The notes beneath the pieces are model-generated. The model was not told the DNA's origin, ran no database searches, and saw only the letters and a list, made by a program, of their open reading frames with translations. The position numbers and the translations under genes were made by a program. Positions 10,901-17,705 of a stretch of 27,925 nt of DNA are shown piece by piece; the stretch's first letter is position 1, and the number at the start of each line of letters is the position of its first letter. Origin of the DNA: Pseudomonadota bacterium (lineage in GTDB: Bacteria > Pseudomonadota > Gammaproteobacteria > Burkholderiales > Gallionellaceae). The stretch is taken from NCBI GenBank assembly GCA_021851345.1, contig JAJZEQ010000171.1:1-27925 (forward strand), read 5' to 3'.

Positions 10901-13900
10901 TGAATTCAGGTGTCGATGCCGCCAAAGATTTTAATCTCACGGTCGGTGTGGCACTGACGACCGCCCAGATCAATTCTCTCAAGCATGACATAGTCTGGAT
11001 GGTGGATCGCAGCGTAACGCTGCCGGACGGCACGACCGGGCACGTTCTGGCTCCGCAGGTCTATTTGTCCAGCGTGCAGGAAGGGGACCTCAAACCGAGC
11101 GGCGCATTGCTTGCGGCGAACGTGATCAATATCAACAGCAATAGCGTCAATAACAGCGGCACCATCCGCGCCGACACAGCGCTCTCCATCAATGTGAACG
11201 ACATTACCAATCAAGGGGGGGCGATCAGCAGCGGTGGCAGCGCCATTCTGGTCGCCAGCAACGACATTCTCAACCTCTCAGGCAACATCAGCGGCGCCAA
11301 TGTCAGCCTGACGGCCGGGCGCGACATTAGCAATGCGCTCACCGGCCAGAATGTTACCCGCACGATCGGCAACGGCGTGGTGAACGGTACTGAGCTTAAC
11401 CCGGCAGCCGGTATCAATGCCACCGGCTCCCTTGGCTTGAATGCGGGGCGAGACATCTCCATTGTCGGAGCCATAATCAACGCGGGGGGTGATGCCACGA
11501 TCAACGCGGGGCGCAACCTTACCGTCGGTGTGCTCACTGCGACCAATTCTGCCACTGCAAATCAATACGCAGCTTACGACACCGGGGTCACGCAACACAC
11601 CAGCAGCATCCAGACGGGGGGTAACCTCAACCTCGCTTCCGGCAACGACATGCACCTCACCTCAGCCGCCCTCAATGTCGGCAAGGATGCCACATTGGTT
11701 GCCGGTGGCGACCTGACGCTCGACGCCAGCAAGAACAGCACCTCTTCCGGTTACAACACGGGTTCTGCGATAGGGCGCTTCAACGATGAAACCGTTCTCG
11801 GCTCCACTCTGAATGCGGGTGGCAACGTTACCCTGGTTGCCACCCGGTTGAATACGGCTGCTACAACTCAGACAAGCGACGGCGGCAGTTCATCCGGGCG
11901 TACCGATGGCAAGGGCAACATCACCTTGCAAAGCACCGACATCACCGCCAAGACTGGCACACTTACGGTCGCTGCGGATGCCAACGTCAACATCGGCACG
12001 ACAGCTGAGAATCACAATGCTTACACCGAGTCGCATGCTACAGGGAGTGGATTGTTCACACACACCACACTTGATGTGCGTAACGAAAGCTGGCGCACCG
12101 ACAACATCGGCAGCAACCTGAGTGCCGACAGCATCAGCATCACCAGTGGCAAGAACATCGGGGTTGTCGGCAGCACAGCCAGCGCGAAACACAACATCAA
12201 CGTTGCTGCGATGGGTGACGTCAATATCTCAGCCGCCACCAACACCTATGGCTCAGACAGCTACAGGCACGAAACCACCACCGGGCTGCAATTCGGCAGT
12301 GGCGGCAACCCCTACAGCATCACCGACAGCGGCCCGGACATCACCACCCAGGCCCGCACCGACGGCACCAAACAAAGCTACAGCCGCAGTAGTTTCACCA
12401 TAACCAGCGACTTGGCTGCCGACTTTGGGCAGCCAAGTCGAATGGCTAGTAGTTCCACCAGCAACAGCGGCCCTTCGACAAGCTCTGGACAGGCCAAGCT
12501 CAACATCATGGCGGGTGGGAATATCATCGCCAGCGGCACCGATCTCGCCGCCAATGCAGGCAACCTGGCACTGACCGCAGGCGGAACCGTCGCCCTGCTT
12601 GCCGGCCAGGACACCCTCAACCAAAGCAGCAGCACCATGATTGTCACCAACCCCAACTTCTTCACCAAGCAGCATCACACGATTACGGACATTTACGCCA
12701 GTCTCGACTACCAGGGCAGCACGGCACAAGGCAACAGTGTCAAAGTCAACAGCGGAGCCGACATCGTCTTGCAAGCATCCCGAGTCACCTCGGGGGCTGG
12801 CGGCATCAACATCGATGCCGGAGGCGACCTCAAACTGCTGGCTGCCGCAAACACCACCAGCAGCACCCATACCGAAACCCTCTCCACCGACGGCTTTGAC
12901 ATCAACTTCGATGGATCGCCTAACGGTTTGGCAACGCGCCGCATCAACAACACTGGCCAGAGCCAGACCCAAACCAACCGGGTCACCACCCTCACCAGCG
13001 CAGGCGACATCACCACCCACTCCGGCGGCGATACCCTGATTGAAGCCGGCAAGCTGAATGCGCAAGGATCATTCGACCTCTCCGCCACCGGATATGCCGC
13101 CACCACCAATGCAGACGGCAGCACCAACGCAGGCCGGGACGGCAAAATCACCTTCGCCGCCGTGAAGGACAGCACCTATACCAGTGTCGCCGACAGCAAC
13201 AACTCCCTGGCCTGGCAAAACAGCAGCGGGGGCGGCGACTACGTCGAAACCCTCAAGCTTGCCAACATCAACGCAGGCAAGGGCCTGAGCTTGAACGCCA
13301 ATGGCGGCATCGTCGTTGATATCCCTGAAGTGCCTGCAACGCCGGCCCCTGCACCGAAGCGGGACGCCAACGGCAAATTCATCCCGGTCGTTCCGTTGAC
13401 ACCGGAACAGCAAGCAGCGCAACGCCAAGCCGACTTTGACCAGGCCATCCAGAACCTGTCCAGCCAGCCCGGCCAGGCATGGATCGGCCAGCTTGCGCAC
13501 GACCCCAAGGTCAAGGTGCAGTGGAATCAGGTGCAGACGGCCGTGCAGCACTGGAACTACAGCCATGATGGCCTGACCCCGGAAGCGGCGGCAGTCATCG
13601 TGATCGTCGTAACGTATTTTAGTGCGGGTACGGCGGGCAGCGCGGCAGGCACCATGACGGGTGCTGCAGCAGGCACCACCACTGCGGCCTCTGCCGCCGT
13701 TTCGGCAGGACTCACCACACTGGCCAGCGAAGCCAGCCTCAGCCTCATCAACAACAAAGGCGACCTCGGCAAAACCCTCAACGATATGGGCAAGAGCGAG
13801 AACGTGCGCAACGTCGTTGCCGCGATGATTACCGCCGGCGTGATACAGGATTATTTGAAAACCTATAACCTGAAAAGTTTTGCTGCGAAAACATTGACCG

Positions 13901-14589
13901 GTTGCGCCACCGGCGATATGACCGGAAGCGGTTGCCAGAAAGGCGCAACCACGGCGGCTATCATGGCGGGATCGACATGGGCAAATTATGCAATGCGTAC
14001 TGCCATGGTCAACGACTCTAATACATTCAAAGGGGTTCAAGATGCCAACGACCCTTCCGGTAAAATTTATAGCAACAACACCGGTGGTGGTAGTGCAGGC
14101 ATTGATGGCTCTAACGATCGGGTTGCGGGGACACGCATCAGCATTAAGGGGCTGCAAGAATTGGGTACCATGACTCCGCCCAGCACTGCCAACCCTCTTT
14201 GGACGTTCGCAGGGAATACCATCAATCCTGATACCAAGAAGCTGTACACCCTAACTGAAGCGCTCACCGCACAAGGCGGCCTTACGGGTGGGTCGCAGGC
14301 ACTCTTACCAACCTTTTTGGGGATGTCCGTAACACCAAATAGCTTCCTGGATAAGCTGCTGGAATCCTTTGCCGGTCCCCATGATTACTTGGGCGGTCGT
14401 ATAGAAGGCGGATATGACAGCCTTGGTAATTGGAAGGTGGCCAGCGACACTGCCGACAACATCAGGGGGTTCATGGCGGGCGTCAATATCCCGCTGGCGA
14501 TGCCGTTGGTGATCCCTACCTTGCTACAGCAGATCAACTTTGACCCGGTAGCGATGAGTAATACTGTGCGTAACGAAACCACCCATTAA
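7957..14589 (+). CDS. cdiA: Filamentous-haemagglutinin-type exoprotein (TpsA/CdiA-like), 2210 aa
   Basis: The N-terminal TPS secretion domain is present ([46 protein letters not shown]). Long Gly/Asn/Thr FHA-type repeats follow, then a conserved central block (LPSNGLF...[12 protein letters not shown]...[10 protein letters not shown]...DIVWMV...LPDG...VLAPQVYLS). A DUF637-like block lies near the C-terminus ([34 protein letters not shown]). The final ~250 aa are unassigned. Confidence 0.9.
   Translation: [2210 protein letters not shown]
12408..12440. repeat. Perfect 13-bp inverted repeat inside the cdiA coding sequence
   Basis: CGACTTGGCTGCC-gactttg-GGCAGCCAAGTCG. It lies in frame, encoding [11 protein letters not shown], and is followed by a Ser-rich tract. 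Confidence 0.7.
13846..14586 (+). other. Compositionally distinct C-terminal module of CdiA (candidate polymorphic toxin region)
   Basis: After ...[10 protein letters not shown], codon usage shifts visibly toward A/T-ending codons (tat ttg aaa acc tat aac ctg aaa agt ttt...). The region is Gly-rich, has no VENN or (E/Q)LYN motif, and ends in a hydrophobic stretch ([19 protein letters not shown]). The boundary is approximate. Confidence 0.5.
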
Positions 14590-14591
14590 AT

Positions 14592-15311
14592 ATGAACCAA
14601 TATCTCATCTGCAAGCATTACCCGGCGTTAGTGGCAGTTTTGCTATTAGTCGCATGCCAAACCATTCCGGAATGGGACCAGGAAGCGATCGACAATCCGG
14701 TTGAAGATGGACGTTGCCCGGATCTGTCTGGTCGGTTTAACTACGAACATCTGGGGGCAAACGATACCAGGGGATTGGACTCGATACTGGATGATGACCT
14801 GCCAGACAATCTACCAGCAGATCGAGCCGTTCCGGCAGATTACAACCCCGGGTCTATCGGATGGAATGGACAGTTCATTCCCATACCTCGCCCCGCCCCC
14901 GGTGATTTTTATGCGGGGCACTATGCATCATCGGCTATCTACAACAAAATTCATAAGGGGAAAATTAATGCCTACCCGGGTACGGTCATCGTCACGCTGA
15001 CGCGTTTAGATCAACTTGGGCGTAAATACCACGTCAGGGTCGACTGGGACATAGAAGGATTGCTGGGTGAATACGATTTCAAATTCGATGATTTGTGGGT
15101 CTGCTCTGGCAATAAGCTCGTCCGGTCGGTGAAGCGTACGCTGTATGAGCGGCCCGACCCTGATGAAATCGACCCCAATGACTATCGCAGGATTTACGTG
15201 CTACCGAACGGCAATATCCGGATAGACAGGAAACACACCTACATTTACATGCGGGATCCAAATAATTTCGTGAGATACTACAAAAGCCGGGTATTTGCAC
15301 GAGTTCCATGA
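14592..15311 (+). CDS. Predicted lipoprotein; candidate immunity (CdiI-position) or BcpO-like accessory protein
   Basis: 239-aa ORF whose ATG lies 2 nt after the cdiA TAA. It has a signal peptide with lipobox LLVAC followed by Q. It is A/T-richer than the backbone and I recognise no family. Confidence 0.75.
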   Translation: MNQYLICKHYPALVAVLLLVACQTIPEWDQEAIDNPVEDGRCPDLSGRFNYEHLGANDTRGLDSILDDDLPDNLPADRAVPADYNPGSIGWNGQFIPIPRPAPGDFYAGHYASSAIYNKIHKGKINAYPGTVIVTLTRLDQLGRKYHVRVDWDIEGLLGEYDFKFDDLWVCSGNKLVRSVKRTLYERPDPDEIDPNDYRRIYVLPNGNIRIDRKHTYIYMRDPNNFVRYYKSRVFARVP

Positions 15312-15418
15312 ACCGGTACTTCATCAGCAAGTATTACCCGGCGTCTGCAACCTCCCTGCAAATAAGCTCACCGGTCATTTTGCAAACCATCCATCCCAGT
15401 TCGGATAATTCGGGATAG
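15308..15418 (+). pseudogene. Remnant 5' end of a second copy or allele of the 14592 lipoprotein gene
   Basis: 15308-15343 (ATGAACCGGTACTTCATCAGCAAGTATTACCCGGCG) matches 14592-14627 (ATGAACCAATATCTCATCTGCAAGCATTACCCGGCG) at 30 of 36 nt (MNRYFISKYYPA vs MNQYLICKHYPA). Similarity is lost afterwards, and the 36-codon frame runs into the cytochrome-gene fragment. The ATG overlaps the TGA of the preceding gene. Confidence 0.6.
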
Positions 15419-15447
15419 TAGCCGCGTCATAGACACCCATCGCGGCC
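15375..15447 (-). pseudogene. Detached, diverged duplicate of the 3' end of the diheme cytochrome c gene 16203..16778
   Basis: The minus strand reads AAMGVYDAATIPNYPNWDGWFAK-stop, against QAAMGVYDADTVNIPNYPNWDGWFAK-stop in the intact gene. At nucleotide level 15382-15447 aligns to 16210-16281 as 33/35 identical, a 6-nt (2-codon) indel region, then 25/25 identical. Homology ends abruptly at 15447/15448. Confidence 0.8.
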
Positions 15448-15505
15448 AAGCGTAACGTTTCGTTGAAAAGCGTAGCTCCACGCCCCTTACATTCGTTATG
15501 CCTTA

Positions 15506-16120
15506 ATGAGAGGTCTTATGGCAAATAGTTGGTTTAAATTGATGTCAGTTAGTTTTTCATTGGCATTAGCTGGCTGTGCCGGTGTTGGTGTAGTTGCTAC
15601 ATCGGACCCAAACGTCAAACTATCTGACGCCACCTACCTATTCGATCAGGAAGACCGACCACTGATTGCGGAACGTCTGATTCGTGAAGCAATTGAAATC
15701 TGTCAAAGCAAATCCGACCAATTGTGCCTTGCTGAAGGATATAGAACTTACGGGTTCTTCTTCCGCTCACCTTCTATCTATGGAAAGTGGGCTAAACATT
15801 ATCAAGAAGAAGGTTTCCTTGATAAATCCGCTACTTTTGAGCATAGATATACCAAGTCGATAGAGTATTTCGAGAAAGCCCATCAAATCGCCACAACCCT
15901 TGAACGCTTTGACATGCTAACCAACGTCAACCTGAATATGGGTTTCACATACGAACTAATGGGTGAGCCGAAACTGGCCTGCCAAGCGTTCGAGGCAAGT
16001 TCCGTTAGTAATCGCGAAAACTTGCGCCGCAATCCCAACGCCAAGCTGTCGCTCCCAAAGGGGTTCGCCTCATATGACGATTACCTCATTCCACAAAAGA
16101 AGCGAGCACATTGCCAATAA
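15506..16120 (+). CDS. Predicted lipoprotein, helical/TPR-like, function unknown (possible orphan immunity-type gene)
   Basis: 204-aa ORF with signal peptide and lipobox LALAGC. An alternative start at ATG 15518 is preceded by GAGAGG. A possible promoter is TTGAAA (15463-15468)-N18-TTACAT (15487-15492). It is visibly A/T-rich relative to neighbours and lies exactly between the two cytochrome-3'-end repeats. Confidence 0.7.
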   Translation: MRGLMANSWFKLMSVSFSLALAGCAGVGVVATSDPNVKLSDATYLFDQEDRPLIAERLIREAIEICQSKSDQLCLAEGYRTYGFFFRSPSIYGKWAKHYQEEGFLDKSATFEHRYTKSIEYFEKAHQIATTLERFDMLTNVNLNMGFTYELMGEPKLACQAFEASSVSNRENLRRNPNAKLSLPKGFASYDDYLIPQKKRAHCQ

Positions 16121-16202
16121 GTTAGCATAACACGCCAGTCGAGAGGAACGCTTCGCGTCAGGCACATTCCCAAGGATTCCCCAGTTCGGTCAAGCTCCCT
16201 GA

Positions 16203-16778
16203 TTACTTGGCAAACCACCCATCCCAGTTCGGGTAATTCGGGATGTTCACGGTATCCGCGTCATAGACACCCATCGCGGCCTGGGTGTGGCACTTGTCGC
16301 AGAAGCTCAGCGACCTCACGCCCTTGTTGCCCTTGATCATTTTCTCGGGGATATCGTGGTGCTTGCGCGAGATATACAGCAACCCGGTGATGCGCAGCGG
16401 AGCGGGACCTGTCTCGGTGGCGACGGCGATCTTGCGCGAGCGCTTGTACCAGGATTTATCCGCCGCATTGTCCACGGCGTAATCGCGTATCTCTTTCAGC
16501 GTGTCATCGTCGAGCTCGGCATTGGCGCCGAAATGCTTGCGCAACGCATCCTTGTTCAGCAGCGCCTCCCATGACCTGGCCGGCAGCAGGCCGGGCTGGT
16601 AGGCGAAGTGGCATCCGCCGCATTCTTCCAGGTAGGCTTTGTCGGTGACCGGCTTGACTCCCTTCTGGCGATTAAAGTTGATCAGCCAGCCCCCAAAACT
16701 TTGCTCCGCTACTGCATAAGCGCTATTCAATATCAGCGCTGCGGCCAGCAACGCGGCGACTTTCATTTTTTTCTGCAT
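16203..16778 (-). CDS. Diheme cytochrome c (DHC family), periplasmic
   Basis: 191-aa ORF with a signal peptide (AALILNSAYA) and two CXXCH motifs (CGGCH, CDKCH). It is a paralogue of 18450..18941. SD GGGGGAGAG lies upstream of ATG 16778, and the gene starts 13 nt after the upstream gene's stop. Confidence 0.85.
   Translation of the reverse strand: MQKKMKVAALLAAALILNSAYAVAEQSFGGWLINFNRQKGVKPVTDKAYLEECGGCHFAYQPGLLPARSWEALLNKDALRKHFGANAELDDDTLKEIRDYAVDNAADKSWYKRSRKIAVATETGPAPLRITGLLYISRKHHDIPEKMIKGNKGVRSLSFCDKCHTQAAMGVYDADTVNIPNYPNWDGWFAK
16210..16281. repeat. Direct-repeat partner of 15382-15447 (inside the 3' end of the intact diheme cytochrome gene)
   Basis: See the alignment given for feature 15375..15447. 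Weaker similarity continues about 15 nt past the stop codons (TAATCAGGGAGCTT vs TGACCGGTGAGCTT on the minus strand). Confidence 0.8.
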
Positions 16779-16791
16779 GATCTCTCCCCCG

Positions 16792-17493
16792 CTACCAGGT
16801 CAACTTGATGGCCACAACCATGGCAGCCGCGCCCAGTTCGGCGATGCCCGCATGGCTGGTTGGCACCGATGAATGAGCCGATTTATCTATTGCATACAGC
16901 ATCAGCAGCGCGCCCGTGCCGGCCAGCGCCACGTGCTGGTTATCCGGGTCGGCAAAGCCGTCGCCCAGATGAAAGTCGTCCCAGTGATACAGCAGTCCGG
17001 TAAGCACCGTGGCGATGGCCATTGCGCCGGTAGCACGGGCCAGCCTGGTGTGGGTGGTGCCGGATGTCTGCCTGGGCGGCTGCTGTGAAACGGGCGGGCA
17101 ATTCTGTTCGCAGCCGTCTCCTCCCGGCGCGGCCAGTGCCGTGAGTCCGGCCAATGCGATGGTGCCCAGCCCCAGATATTCATGGGCCTTCCTGCCCGAC
17201 ATCCACGGCGGATGAAATTCAGGCTCGGGAGTGAAAGAAGCATCGCCCGCGCCGCCCGGTACTGGCGCACCGTCATTCGCCGCAATCAGGTAGCCCTTCG
17301 AATTGGCTGGCGAATTTGCCGGCCGCGCTTCAAATGTCCGGTTTTTCAAGGACTGGAAATTATTGGTATAGAAGCTCGCCGCAGACGTCGGCAAGTCCTG
17401 CTTCGCCGTTGTATCGTCCGCGTATACCAAACCCGACAAGGTCGCCAGAAACAAGCTGGCGGCAGCATGCTGCAACATGAACCTGATTTTCAT
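16792..17493 (-). CDS. Exported/membrane protein of unknown function (signal peptide, low-complexity region, about 4 hydrophobic segments with conserved-looking His)
   Basis: 233-aa ORF with AGGAG 7 nt upstream of ATG 17493. It has a signal peptide ending VYA-DD, hydrophobic segments (LGLGTIALAGLTALAAP, GAMAIATVLTGLLYHW, VALAGTGALLMLYAI, IAELGAAAMVVAI), a CEQNC motif, and a C-terminal ...IKLTW. I recognise no family. Confidence 0.65.
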   Translation of the reverse strand: MKIRFMLQHAAASLFLATLSGLVYADDTTAKQDLPTSAASFYTNNFQSLKNRTFEARPANSPANSKGYLIAANDGAPVPGGAGDASFTPEPEFHPPWMSGRKAHEYLGLGTIALAGLTALAAPGGDGCEQNCPPVSQQPPRQTSGTTHTRLARATGAMAIATVLTGLLYHWDDFHLGDGFADPDNQHVALAGTGALLMLYAIDKSAHSSVPTSHAGIAELGAAAMVVAIKLTW

Positions 17494-17542
17494 TTAATAC
17501 TCCTGAAATTCACCCTAGACTCCGACGTATTGATACTTCCAT

Positions 17543-17705
17543 AATTCACGACACCCTTGCCGTCATTGCGAACGAAGTGAAGCAATCCAGTGGTTTGCTG
17601 TCCTGGATTGCCGCGTCGACTTCGCCTCTGCCGCGCTTCGCTCGCAGCTAAAGCCTTGTTGCAATGACGAGGCATTCTGGATTCCCCGAATTCACGGGAA
17701 TGACG
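17543..17705. repeat. Composite REP/MITE-like palindromic block in the intergenic gap of the cytochrome cluster
   Basis: Nested inverted repeats: GTCATTGCGAAC (17562-17573) pairs with GTTGCAATGAC (17658-17668), and GCAATCCAG (17582-17590) pairs with CTGGATTGC (17603-17611). A second hairpin is ATTCCC-cgaattcac-GGGAAT (17681-17701). AATTCACG occurs at both ends (17543-17550 and 17689-17696). Confidence 0.6.

Noticed and set aside
11215-11621. G7 (11215-11221) and G6 (11484-11489, 11616-11621) homopolymers in cdiA as phase-variation switches
   Set aside because: The tracts are shorter than typical slipped-strand contingency loci. Each simply encodes the Gly-Gly of an FHA repeat (NQGGA, NAGGD, QTGGN). 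There is no evidence of frame-shifted alternative products.
7885-14157. Long minus-strand ORFs inside cdiA (7885..8631, 12253..13065, 13069..14157 and smaller ones)
   Set aside because: They are antisense shadows of a GC-rich repetitive coding region. Their composition is Gly/Ala/Val/Arg-biased, they have no SD-plus-start context, and they overlap a gene with clear domain homology.
7957-14589. Canonical CdiA-CT boundary motifs (VENN, ELYN/QLYN)
   Set aside because: I scanned the full translation by eye and none is present. The nearest thing is AMVNDSN (VNDSN at 14008-14022), which is too degenerate to call. The CT boundary is therefore placed only approximately, from the compositional shift.
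5813-16202. Calling the CDI block a defined genomic island or integrative element
   Set aside because: No integrase, transposase, tRNA or matching repeat is visible at the left edge (5813-6161). Only the right-edge scars are observable, so island boundaries and mobility cannot be asserted from this window.
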